Positions 1 through 12,279 of a stretch of DNA of 64,000 nucleotides are shown here, piece by piece. The DNA comes from Octopus vulgaris (taxonomy: Eukaryota), in the NCBI GenBank assembly GCA_951406725.2, contig OX597814.1, forward strand, positions 87,606,001 to 87,670,000, written 5' to 3'. Position 1 is the first letter of the stretch; each line of letters starts with the position of its first letter. Under the pieces are notes generated by a model, which was not told the DNA's origin, searched no databases, and worked only from the letters and a program-made list of their open reading frames with translations. Both the position numbers and the translations under genes were made by a program.

Positions 1-64
1 CATGTATGTATATGTGTATATGCATCTGCACACATGTATGTATAAGTATATATATATATATATG

Positions 65-270
65 TAAAAGGTTGGTGCTTAATTATTACAGCTTTTTTTC
101 AATAAATTTTATTCACCAAAAGATTTTAACAAAACACCAAGCAGAAATTGAAGTAGATGGTGAATATGCTCCGGAATAATCATTTAAAGATGTTTTTGTT
201 AAATGTTATTCTTTTTCTTGAATAAAAATTGTAGAGAAAAAAGCCACAATAATTATGCACCAACCTAATA
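65..270. mobile_element. Mariner-like MITE
   Basis: Inverted termini GGTTGGTGCTTAATTATT (70-87) and AATAATTATGCACCAACC (248-265) resemble mariner TAGGTTGGTGCA TIRs; TA flanks; no ORF. Confidence 0.65.
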
Positions 271-433
271 TGTATATATATTTATGTAGATACATATCAA
301 TGCAAGTATATATATGTATATATATAGATTATATGTATAGATATATATATCTATAGATGTATATGTAAATCTATAGATGTATATGTATCTATATATATAG
401 AGAGATTTATATGTATATATATATATATATATT

Positions 434-558
434 GGCATTAGGAAGGGCATCCAGCTGTAGAAACCCTGCCAGATCAGATGGAAGTCTGGTTCGCCAGACC
501 TCAGTCAAATCGTCCAACCCATGCTAGCATGGAAAACGGACGTTAAATGATGACGATG
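434..558 (+). mobile_element. 3' end of abundant RTE-type LINE family (GAT-repeat tail)
   Basis: GGAAGGGCATCCAGCTGTAGAAAC...CCCATGCTAGCATGGAAAACGGACGTTAAATGATGA, the same 3' end that follows the RTE ORF C-terminus at 27601-28260. Confidence 0.7.
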
Positions 559-694
559 ATACACATACATATGTATATATATGCATATATACATATATAT
601 TATTTATATTATTATGATTGAATGCTACACACATCCTCTTCCAAGTATATATATATATATATGTGTGTAGATATGTATATATACATATATATAT

Positions 695-949
695 TTCATT
701 TTTGGATTTGGTTTGCAAGATTCTTTATATGAGTTCGTGTGTTGAAGCATATCCTGTTGTGTCTGGAGAGAGTCATTTTCTTTTTGTGCCTTATAACGTA
801 ACACACTTACTGGTAAAATTTTCATTGCATCTTGCAACCTTAAGACGCAACGAAAATTTTAGGAAAATAAGAAAAAAGTGGAAATTTTACCAGTGAGTGT
901 GTTACATTATAAGGCACAAAAAGAAAATGACTCTCCCCAGACACAACAG
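695..949. mobile_element. Fold-back (inverted) PLE pLTR-like fragment in (TA)n
   Basis: Inverted arms 754-833 and 842-949 (right arm has about 28 extra nt); TA/TACA repeats on both sides; partial hammerhead-like stem II plus GAAA at the centre. Confidence 0.55.
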
Positions 950-1027
950 TACATACATATGTATATACACATATGTATATACATATATATATGTATATAT
1001 ACATATATGCATATATATATATATGCG

Positions 1028-1370
1028 AACACCTGTTGAGGCAAGTGAAATCGAAATCAAATCAAATTTGATGACTGGCACCCGTGCCAGCGGAGGACAT
1101 AGAGCGTGATTGTTGCCAAAGCAGCTGACTAACTTCCGTGCCAGTGGCACGTAAAAAGCACCATTCAAGCATGATCATTACCAGCATAGCCTTACTGACA
1201 CTTGTGGCATGTAAAAGCACCCACTACAATCTCAGAGTGGCTGGTGTTAGGAAGGGCATCCAGTTGTAGAAACTCTGCCAGATCAGATTGAAGCCTGGTG
1301 CAGCCATCTGGTTCGCCAGTCCTCAGTCAAATCATCCAACCCATGCTAGCATGAAAAGCAGACGTTAATG
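1028..1370 (+). mobile_element. RTE-type LINE 3'UTR fragment
   Basis: Collinear with 27805-28250 (ACCTGTTGAGGCAAGTGAAATC...GGAAGGGCATCCAG...CCCATGCTAGCATG). Confidence 0.7.
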
Positions 1371-1574
1371 CTTTAAGTAACCATGTTGAGGGTTAAGTCT
1401 TGGAGGTAAATTCTTCCATTGATTGTGAGATGATGGCGGTAGATTGGTAGGTATTGATTCCCAAAAATTTAGGTTAGTCTGTAAGTTTTGATGGATCCTT
1501 TGATTTGTATATAGGGTACCTTGGGGATTCCGTCCAGATTTTCTATCGTGGGCTATATTCCACCCACAGATTCT

Positions 1575-2698
1575 AAACAATACCTATTATTCAACTCATG
1601 CCACCCCAAACATAAACATTACTATACCTTATAATCTAGCGAAAAGAATCTGTACCATAGTTTCAGACACCCAAACATGTGAATGAAGACTCCTTGAACT
1701 CAGGTCAATACTAATCAAAACACATTACCCAATATCATTAATAAATGATGGCATTAAACGAGCTAAAGAAATAAATATATGAACATTAAGAGAAGTCAAC
1801 CGAAATACTACACCAGACTTAAAAATACTCCCATACATCACACATAACCCTAGAAACAATGAAGCCTTCAACATTATCACCCAAAATCTACTCATCCTCA
1901 CAGGAGATAAAACAATGAACAAAATTTTAGGTTCACACAAAATTATCAAAAGCAAAATGTAACTGAAATCATTGAAAAATATATTAACCAGTGCAAGACT
2001 ATATCCATTAACAATGGAACCAAAAGTGAAAAAGTGTGGTCGACCTAACTGTGGTATATGATACCATCTTTTGGAGGGTTCAGAGTTCCACTTTAAACAA
2101 GGTGAAATATTTAAGATCAAATCAAATTTCACCTGTTCCTTGGAAAACCTAATCTATGCCATTACATGCTTAGGGTGTGGTAATTATTATATTGGCCAAA
2201 CAGGAATATCACTCTGTCGAAGAACCACTCTTCACAAAGAACAAATCCGCCACCTACAATACAGATAGATACAGGTCAGTCAACACATAGAAAGGTGTGC
2301 TAGAAACCTTAATCCTAATTTTCCTCTTCTATCAATGTTCACAGAACACCTCAGTACAGCAAAGAATGAATAAAGAGGTAACTTTCATCAATAAATATCT
2401 TACATAACTCAATATGAACACAACTAACCTTTCAATTAATACCACTAACCCACATACATCCCATACACAATTCACATTACAGATTTATATCTACCCTAAT
2501 TGCATCAAATCCAGAACTACTTACCTCCCTTACACATAATCTTTTTACTCAGGGACTAGTAGACCCAACTCCGTTAACTTCTCGGTGCGCATTCAAAGTA
2601 GTGTCGGTAATTTTACGAAATCGGTATGCCTTTGAATCTCTTTAACAATTCATAATAATGACTTTTATTACTTTTATTCCTACCTCAGTTCATCTAAT

Positions 2699-2700
<2 letters not shown>
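1575..2700 (+). mobile_element. 5'-truncated decayed Penelope-like element (Neptune-like): RT thumb, Cys linker, GIY-YIG endonuclease
   Basis: KQYLLFNSCHPKH..IPYNLAKRICTIVSD, KKCGRPNCGI*, NLIYAITCLGCGNYYIGQTG, with stops and frameshifts; ends at a (TG)n/(TA)n tract. Confidence 0.85.
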
Positions 2701-2731
<31 letters not shown>

Positions 2732-2734
2732 ATG

Positions 2735-2768
<34 letters not shown>

Positions 2769-2773
<5 letters not shown>

Positions 2774-5700
2774 ACTTTTCATAAAAAGCCTTTACTTTTG
2801 ATTTCCAATGTGCATTTTGAAGCATATGTCGGAAGTAAAAGAATTTGAATAACACCTGCGTTCAACTCCATTTATTTATTTATATATATTATTATACAAA
2901 ATATTTCACATCAACCTGGAGCTTCTACCTTTACAAACAGGGTGTTATGTCCTTATTACTTGTGTGATTTTTTGCTACCCTGGTAACTGTTTATCCATTT
3001 TTTTCGTGTTAATTGTAAACAAGGGGAAAATACACACATCCATTTATATATACTTCATATAACCTGCTAATTAAATATTTACCGCATATGGAGTTATTTA
3101 ATATAAACGCATCTCTTAAGGATATACACATTCCCCCAAAGAATGCTTTCTTTAAGCAACTCATTAATAAGACAAATTCCTTTATTAACCATATCAGATG
3201 GCTCACTTTTTTCTTTGACAATAAGGACATTCAACAGCCCACTAATGATATAATTTCTGAATTTAAGAAATTATTTAAATCTGAAAATAATCCTCCACCT
3301 AACTCAAGATTGAAAATGTTTCAAGATGATCTCTGGTCTATTGTGAGAAATGTAAAACTTCACCGTTCACCTCTAAGGAATAAACATCTAAGGTATCTTC
3401 ACAATATCACTAAGGAAATTCATAGCATGGATAGTATACTGGTTCAATCAGATAAAACAGGAAACCTGTACAAACTTACCAAGGACTATTACTTAGAACT
3501 GCTTAAAAAAGAAATTAAAAAAAACTATAGGATTACCAGTAAAGGTGCACCCAGGAAAGCCAACCCTGAGGTTAAGAAAATTATGGAGAAGTATAACTTA
3601 CAGATGAAGATAGAACCATTTGATCCTAAGCAACTTCATTTTATTTTAAAAGATCAGAAACAAAAGTTTTTTAATAATCCATCCTTACGACTTATCTGTC
3701 CATCTAGCTCTGACATCGGTGTACTTTTTAAAATATTCTAGATAAATACATTCCTACCTTAGTTAAAAAATGAAAGCTTAGTTTATGGTCCAATTCATTT
3801 CAAAGTCGTTGACTAGTTTAGTTCTATTACTAATAAGAGGAGCACTAAGTTTATGCAGTTTGTCATTTCTAGTTTCTATTCCTCCATCGACCCAACAGTA
3901 CTTAATAAAGCACTCTAGCTAGCTCACAACAAAGCTGGTCTCACCAGGGAAGAGATTAATGTCGTGTTGACCACCAGAAAATCTATCATAAAATTTGATA
4001 ACAAGCTGTGGGTCTGTAAAGATACACTCGATGGCTTTGATGTCACGATGGGAAGTTCTGATTCAGCACAAATAGCTGATTTGGTCGGTATATATATATT
4101 TTATGAAATGACAGACCATTATATATATATATATATATATATTATATAAGTATAATATATAAATATATATATTATATATGTATAATATATATATATCTTC
4201 TGTCCCTCTGCTTCTACTTCTCTTCCCCCTCCTTAATTCTTCTGTCCCTCTGCTTTTACTTCTCTTTCTTATCTTCCCACGTGACCGCCATTAGGCCAAG
4301 CCTGCTCTTTCTTTCTTAATCCAGTCTTCCTTTCCTGAAGTAACAGGGCGTCTGTATAGGGATGACGCCTTATTTTTTATAGACAGAACTAGTAATGTAC
4401 AGTTAAAAAGGCATAGGAAAAATTTCTTTAGACGTTTCAAAAATTTAGTACTAAACATTACTATAGCTAAATATTATCACAGAGTGAATTTTCTTGACAC
4501 TACCTTCTGTTTTGATACTGGATTATTTGAACCATTTTATAAACTGAATGATCATATTGAGTACATTAAGTAGCATCCAACCATCTACCCTTGATTATAC
4601 GGGGACTAGTTAAGAATATTTCTACTAGAATTTCTAGATTATCTGCCACCAGTAAAATTTTTGAATCTCATAATGATGCTCTAGCTAAGGCTGGGTTCCA
4701 TGGCAGAATTCAATATTTACAAGATGCAGGCTTAAGCAACACTGGTAATTCCTACAACTGCGATACACATCGTATACCACCACAACGTTACCATTTGAGA
4801 AATCACTCGGATAAAGAATGTAGGCCGAAAGAATTGGTCATGTCAATGATCTACCTAAGAAAACTCATAGACACATGCGACATAGTAATTCATCTGCTTG
4901 TTCCAATCCTGTACAACACACTTGATCAAATAAACCTAACAACAGATATAGGAATCAAGATGTCCTCTGGTTCAATCCAATTTTCGGTTTGCATGTTTCA
5001 ACCAGGATCGCTGGAAAATTTTTTGCTGCTTTGGACAAGTGTTTTCCTAAATCCAATCAGTATCATGCTATTTTTAATCAGCATACCATGTAGGTATCCT
5101 ACACAAACTCTGCTAATTTGGAGCGACAAAGGTTCAATAACCCACCTACTGGATCTAGCAAGCATTTACATCTAAATGCCAACTAAGGAGATGTAAACCA
5201 CATTGATAATCATCAACTTTGACCAATTTGTAGTAGTAGAAATACTCATGGTACAGCTAGCACGATAACAGCACCGGTAAATGGAGTCAGGACTGCTTTA
5301 TATACAAATAAAAATGATAAATGCTCATACTAGATAAATCAAAATGTCCTTTGATGAATCTCTGTATGAGTACAAATCTTTTATATAAATGTACCGTGCA
5401 CACAAGGAGAGGGCCCTATGTTTACATTGGGTAGATAGCTGATTCATTTAAGAATCGTTGTTATAATCACGTTGCCAGCTTTAGGTCAATCAATAAGAGA
5501 CATTCAACATCTTTGGCAGATTTTATATGGCGACTGAAGGAGGCTAATACAAAATACTACATTACTTGGTCCAAAGTTAGACATGCAAAACCATACAGTG
5601 TAATTTCCAAGAGATGCCTTCTCTACTCCGAGGAATCCTTGTCTATTCTGTAGACTAACGAGAAGATACTTAATAGAATTTTTGAATGACTATCGAGATG

Positions 5701-6052
5701 CCTACATGCATATAAATGTACTTTCGCACAATGCAGTGAGAATGAATTTTGAGTAACCGTTAACTTAGTGTCATTTTATTTTATTTTAAGGTATGGATGA
5801 CTTAAGTTTACTTTAAACCTCCCTGTTCTTCTAAACACCTACTAAATAACTAACTCACTTTGTAATCATGAGTGCGCCTAACCTTGCGTGTGTGTATGCT
5901 CACATTTTTGTTAATGCCTGTGTACTCATGCCATGCAGCTTGCCTGAGGGCGATTATAAATCCATATCTATTAGTGGTTATTTCTAATACTTTTCTCACT
6001 GGATTAAGTGTTCATTTCTCTTTTTGTCTTCTGCAATTTTTGGATCTTCTCT
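2769..6052 (+). mobile_element. Near full-length decayed Penelope-like element (Hydra-clade-like), RT plus C-terminal GIY-YIG
   Basis: N-terminal ORF 3088-3741 (SLKDIHIP..INKTNSFINHIRW; SDKTGNLY); RT motifs FVISSFYSSID, FDVTMGSSDSAQIADLVG, LYRDD (about 4352-4366); EN KCPLMNLC..LLYKCTV..VYIG..NH..STSLADFIWRLK (about 5340-5540); TA tracts at both ends; insertion at about 4119-4330. Confidence 0.8.
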
Positions 6053-6966
6053 ATATATGAAGAATTTTCCTCCGTCTCGCTGTTTTTCTTGCTACAAAAC
6101 AGAAAGTTGCATTGTGGAACAGTCATTTTAATGACTTTTTTTTTTTTTTTTTCAAGTTGGCACATGAGGGTTTGTTGCAGATTCCATATGCCAACTACTA
6201 GGTCATCTTGGAATCAAAGGTCACAAAAGAACAGATGCGAAGAAGTCAATGTGGCTGTGGGCATAGTGAAATGATAGCTAGAGCTGTTAAACATAATAGG
6301 AAAGAAACCCAGTTTGATTCACAGCATCAGTTCTTGAAGTGGTCATATCATGACCTAATGATATACACCACAATTCAAGGGGAAAAAAATCAACTAAATG
6401 TTCTGAGTTCAATCCCCACTAAAAGTGGCATTTCAAAAACAGTAAGACACCTAGGAGTCATGAACTTAAGAACTAATGGACCAAACACTTGCTTGACAAA
6501 AGTTTTTCCTCTGAAGATTTCTTCTGCTGTCTGCTCACCCTATAACTAGTCTAATTACTAAGAAAGAAAAATGTGTGTGTGTATGTGTGCTTGTTTTGTA
6601 AACAGTGAAATTGTCATTTCTCCTGTCAACAAATTGTCCACTAGCTTTGAAAGGCAAATAAAATAAGAGATCCCTTACTTGAAGACAATAAGGGATGGTG
6701 GAAGGGAAAACCTCTGGTTAATTCATGCCAGTATGGAAAAATAAACAGAAGGAACAACACACACACACATATATATAAGACTTCTGCATATTTTTCTGTT
6801 TATAAATTTTCACTTATAAGACATTAGTGCACCTATGCAAATGAACCTAGATCATGTGGTTGTGATGCAAACCTCTCAACCATACGGCCAGTGAATAACA
6901 TTTTTTTGTTTTCATATTTTCTCAGACTTCAATTGAAGCAAATTATTTATGATAAGGTATACTTAC

Positions 6967-7103
6967 CAGCCAGATATACCACCAACCACAGTTTGCTTGG
7001 CTACAGACAATTTAGAAACATCACGAAATATATTCTCTAGCCAACGTTTGTCTGATGTGTATGTAGTTATATCCAATATTTCGGGAACATCAGAATCTGC
7101 CAT
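6967..7103 (-). CDS. FUNDC1: FUN14 domain-containing protein 1 (mitophagy receptor), first coding exon; remaining exons probably lie beyond the window start
   Basis: MADSDVPEILDITTYTSDKRWLENIFRDVSKLSVAKQTVVGGISG-W aligns by eye to human YEVLDLTEY..WWNRVF..YSVATQIVMGGVTGW. Acceptor tttactag ends at 7117; phase-2 donor GTAAGT at 6966 falls in the Trp codon, as recalled for human. Confidence 0.9.
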
Positions 7104-8064
7104 GCTTCAGAATTTGCTAGTAAAATATAAAATCAAGATAAAGATTCAATAAATATGTTTTAATGGTGGGTACTGAAATATTAATACCATGACATTTTAC
7201 TTTCTAATTTCAGTATAAAATGGTTTGATTTGAATAATTAAAAAGCATTTTGTAACGTCACTGTTATATTATTCTATTTTCCTTACTGTATTTGCTTTCA
7301 AAATTCATTTGGCAGAGGAAGATTGCTGCTCATGACCTCTGCATGCCTTCAGATTAATGAGGTCAATATAGTTGGTACTCCCTGAAGGAAAAATCTCCCA
7401 GAGTTTAGTAGTTCTTTGGTAGGAAGGAGTATGGGAAGTCTTATACACTGCTTAGTTTCAATTAAATTTGAAAATAATGAAAAATGTAGTGAAGTAATTT
7501 TTTCATTAATAAATCTGCTGTTTGGAACATGAATCCTTTAGAATTCGGATTACTCTATCAAATGTAATGCTTATTTGTTCACATTGTTTTAAATTAATCA
7601 TATATTGTCTCATAGTTATCAAGATTTCAACGATGTGATTGTTTATTTTCAGAAAGACATTGTAGACTAGATGTGTGAGTCCAGATCTGACTGGTTTGAA
7701 CATAGAACATGTAGAATATTTGGGTTGGATATAAACCAGTTTGAATACTAATGGGTTAAAATTTCAATTTAGATCACTTTCAAACAAGTTGTTTGTATCA
7801 TAGAAACAAGGGTAGTCATAGGTGGGTTCATATCAAAAGGGTTAAATCTTAGTTATATCTTTATCTTTCCTTACTCACAAGGTCACCAAAATTTGATATC
7901 CCTTCTTCTTACAAAATTGGTCTTTTACCTAAGGAATCCAATATTTAAACAATCATCATCTTTCAACGTCCATTCTCCATGATGACTTGAGAAGAATTGG
8001 CCAGCTGAAGAGCTGCCCAGGCTCCATTTGTCTGTTTTGGCATGGTTTCTACACCTGGATGCTC

Positions 8065-8287
8065 TTAACCCTTTAACATTTAAACCAGTCATATCTGACC
8101 CAGATATTCTATCTATTTTATGTTCAAAACGGCCAGATCTGGCCTTTCACACCTACATTGTCATTCTATAAACAAACAATCAGATTGTCAAAATCTGAAA
8201 GCTATAAAACAATGCATGATTATTTCGAAACAATGTAAATGAATAAGCATTGTATTTGATAGAGTAAACTGAATGCTAAAGGGTTAA
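8065..8287. mobile_element. piggyBac-type MITE
   Basis: TTAA-CCCTTTA...TAAAGGG-TTAA termini; same family at 60228-60437 and partly at about 7505-7760 and 35050-35257. Confidence 0.7.
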
Positions 8288-11200
8288 AGTAAATTTGATT
8301 GATTGATTGATTCTAGTTTCAGCTCATGAGCTGTGGCCATGCTGGGGCACGCCTATTTATCATATTAGTTTTCCACATCGGCAACAACTAAATGGGTCAG
8401 AAAACTTTTAATGATAAATAATTGAAGCACAAGTTTTCAAAGCCTTTCTATATGTAACAATCCACATCAAGAAGTACTAAGTTTACATTGACAAAAAATT
8501 TATACTCCATGAAAAACTCTGCTCATAAAACTTATGTATTTCTCCCCCATCTTCAATTCTTTTATATGCATTTAAAGGAATCTTCCTTGATCTAGTTCTT
8601 CAACACTTTTTAAAAATCAAATTTTAATGTTTCAGTTCTTATGTGGATATCCACAAATCTCTGAATGGGAATACCAAATTTAAATATCAAATGAAGCTTG
8701 TTTAGCTACAGATTAGCCCTGGCCTATCACACCTATTGTCAATGGGCAGTCCAGCTATGACAACTCAATCCTTTTTCTACATGCATTATCCAATTTGGTT
8801 ACTTCTTTTAGCAAGTTGAGCAGCCATGTAGAAACTCCTTCATGATTCACTTGTGATTATGAAGCATTCTCAAATTCATTGAGTTCTAAAATAAATTCCT
8901 CCTTTAACGTCATTGTATAGTAGTGACAAATAATGGTAAAAATTATCACAGAAGAATGAAAAAGTTATGTCCAAATAATCTAAATTCGTTAGCATTCACA
9001 AATCTATATTTGGTACTACAAATATATCAGTGAATTTATGATTTCATTGCATGTCTGTCAAAACTGAAGTAAAATCTAATCAGACTAATCAAATGGAGTT
9101 TTAAAATATTTGTTATCATACACTATCATATGAATAAGCTGAAAATTAATAGAAACAAAGAAAATAGGTAACAATAAAAATTATACAATATACAGTTGAT
9201 GAAGTAGACAACTATTATGGTTACATTAGTAAAAGGAAAAAGAAAATCAGAGGCTTAATTAATGTTTGCAAAGTGACCTTAACATTTTTGAGGGAACAAA
9301 CTGGAATGCAGACAACCAACTAAATTAGCAGTAACTAAGGATGAAATTGATAGAAGATTACAAAGATTCTTTATTCACACTATGGAAAACATCACTAGTG
9401 CTGGTGACACAATAAAGGCAACCAATCTATGCTGTTATGTGGGTTGGTGATATGCACATTCAATTGTAAAACTAATCTCCCCTCTCACAAAAGAGATGGC
9501 ATACACAAGATTTTCAATGGAAAGTATCGAAAGTAAATGTGAAAAGTGGTGAGATCTAATATTAGCCTGAAATAACTGACATAAGCTTTGAGTATGACAA
9601 TGATGTCTTAGCTACTTACACACCTGCTGTTGTCATCGCTGTTTTTAATGTACGAAAATTTGTATACACACTTGTTTGGGCTGCATCAGAGAGACTATGT
9701 TAACTACAGCTTCATGTACCAATGTGCTATACAACCAGTTTAACTCTTTCATGGCCATATTTTTGTGACGAGTTTGGAAAGGTTTAGTACAAATAACTTT
9801 TTCATTCGTGGTAGACATCAGATTAATTTTTGTACATAACAAAAAGGCAAATACAGGAAATTTATGTTAGAAGTTTTTTGTTTAAATGAGCAGGTGATTT
9901 TTGTATTCAAGAACCAGTAATAGTCTCATAAGTTGGTATCAAAAAAGTTAAACTTTTATTAACTGTACTTCCTCTAACAGCTATTTAGTAGTTTTGTACC
10001 CAGCATTTAGCATCCATTCACATTAATACTAGAGCAGGCATCTCTCCTACATACATTGGAGCTTTTAATGTTTAACTGGTCGCTGTCTTATTTTTCTTAG
10101 TTAATTTGTGCTCTGCCATTCTTGCAAGTGAACATTATATAGCCAACATACATTGCCCAATAGCTTTATTCCCAAGTAACTTTCTTAGTTCACTTGTGCT
10201 TGCCTCTGCAGAATCAATGCACCTATCCCATCACCATGAAGTATTACACTTTTCAAACATATTGATTTTACACGTCTGCTTTGGAGACAAACTCTTTGTT
10301 ACCAACTGTGCAGACTACTAAGCATATTACTATTTAACCGAGGGGTCTTACAAGTAAAAAATGGTTGAGAACCATTCGGTTACAAGTCGTTCTTAAAGAC
10401 ATTGCTTCAGTCCCAAGTCACTTTCCCCGTGCTTTATGTAGGGATATATGTCATACTTCTTGAACATTTCTAATAAAGTAATCTATTATTCTTTATCTGA
10501 ATGCATAAAAACAACATTTATAGAAATAGTTTTAAGAGGAAATAAAGGGTTACATATAAACAAAATAAATTATGTCATGTTAGTGAGCAACTTTGGATAA
10601 TTTGGCAGTGTAATCCACAAATTTAACACCATGTGTATATAAATACATTACTGAAAGAGTACAAGAGGGAAATGTGACAACTACTTTGATTCATCTCAGG
10701 TCTTGTGTTGAGACGAAAACAATTGTACTGCGGCAGAATCATTATAGTCGTTAAAAATATCCTTACGCTTATTTATATTCACTTCCAGTTTTTGTTTTTC
10801 TGATAGTAAATAATTAAAAACTAGGGTATTAGTAATTGTTATTTAAAAGACTTTAATACGCAATAATACACATTATTTAAAATAACAAGGTGAATTAAAA
10901 TGAAAGTAAATCCGTTACTTGTAACGGAAGCAGTATTGGTTCTGAATAGTATTCTGTACATCTTACTTAACGCTAATACAGCCACAAAACTGTAGTATTC
11001 GTCTTGAGAAAGTAATTTTTTCAAATAGTTATAATAACTCAACCGTAAAGCAAGTGTAAGATAAGGATGATCGTTATTCTTCACAATCACAAAGAAAAAA
11101 AGAAAGAACTTTTGAGAGAAAGTGACCCCAGAGAAAATATGGGCATATTTTCATGTGAAAATGATTAATGAACTTTTGGAGGTTGGTTAAAGAAAAGAAA

Positions 11201-11309
11201 AAATAATGAAAAAACAAACAGGAGATGAGGGTCACCAATCTATATTGATGACGAAGCATCAAAATTGTTTGCTAGAGTGGATTAATAAAATATAGCCAAG
11301 CGTACTTAC

Positions 11310-11460
11310 GAGGTACAAAACAGCTTGTAAAATTAACACGAAACAAGGAAGCAAAAAAAAATAAACAAAGCTACTTCTCGTTGGGTTCCCTAATATCTCA
11401 ACATTCCGCAACAGAAACAAGTTACAATCCTAATTAAACTTAAAACGATGTTTCGTTAGT
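11310..11460 (-). other. FUNDC1: Probable non-coding first exon of FUNDC1
   Basis: Minus-strand donor GTAAGT at 11309-11304, just downstream of a CpG-enriched ETS/NRF1 promoter; next recognised exon has a 5'UTR acceptor at 7117. TSS position is approximate. Confidence 0.55.
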
Positions 11461-11468
11461 TTTGAATT

Positions 11469-11498
11469 ACTTCCGGCGAAAGCAACAATGCGCATGCT
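11469..11498 (-). promoter_or_regulatory. Housekeeping-type promoter core: ETS/GABP site plus NRF1-like site
   Basis: ACTTCCGG at 11469-11476 and TGCGCATGC at 11489-11497, in a locally CpG-enriched stretch (about 11300-12350). Confidence 0.55.
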
Positions 11499-12279
11499 TA
11501 CTATTATTCATGTACAGTTTTCGCTACGAAGTACAATGAAATGGCAAGTGCTTTTTTTTTTTAATTTACACAAGATAATTCTACAAAAATAGAATCGAGA
11601 AAATACTTTACAAAAACATAAGAAACACAGAAATTGCTTTTCTAGAAAAATAAAGAATTAATTACTTGACTTTAAACGTATTCGTTACGTGTATTTAGCT
11701 AGTCAAGTGAAACGTTGATATCCTTTCCGGGGCTAATTCAGTTTCGCACATCTTGTGAAATGCATTTTTTGAAAAAATTTTATTTTTTTAAATTTCACCT
11801 CCTATCTTCCACCCCCCACCAATTAAAATTTTTGCTTTTGTTTACTTTAAAGAGATCGTAGCGAATTGACGAACATATGCAAATTAAAATTAAATACAGA
11901 CAAAAAACATTAAAGTGAAAAGAATATGCGTTTTATTTGTTTTTGCCTTATATAATCGTAAATAATAATGTAAATTAAATATACACCACATCCCCATACT
12001 CAATTTAGCTCTCATAATGGAGCAATTTCACAAATTGAGCATTAAAATTTTTCTCTGATATCCAAACGTCAATGGTTACAAGGCATTGCTGAAATTAGCA
12101 AACACATCGTCCTATTTTACATCCTATAAACATAAAATAAGATAGGAAACATTGAATAACATACACTACGCCCGGAAGAAAAACGTGAAGGTCATGACAA
12201 ACACACTTTCATCATAAGTTTGTTCGACCAGTGTTTATAATCAACAAAATTAGAAGCAGAATTTTGGTTTTAAGAACCC

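Noticed and set aside
9645-9842. ORF with ELNWLYSTLVHEAVVNI, faintly ROGDI-like
   Set aside because: No convincing splice acceptor or further exons; lies in the FUNDC1 5' intron.
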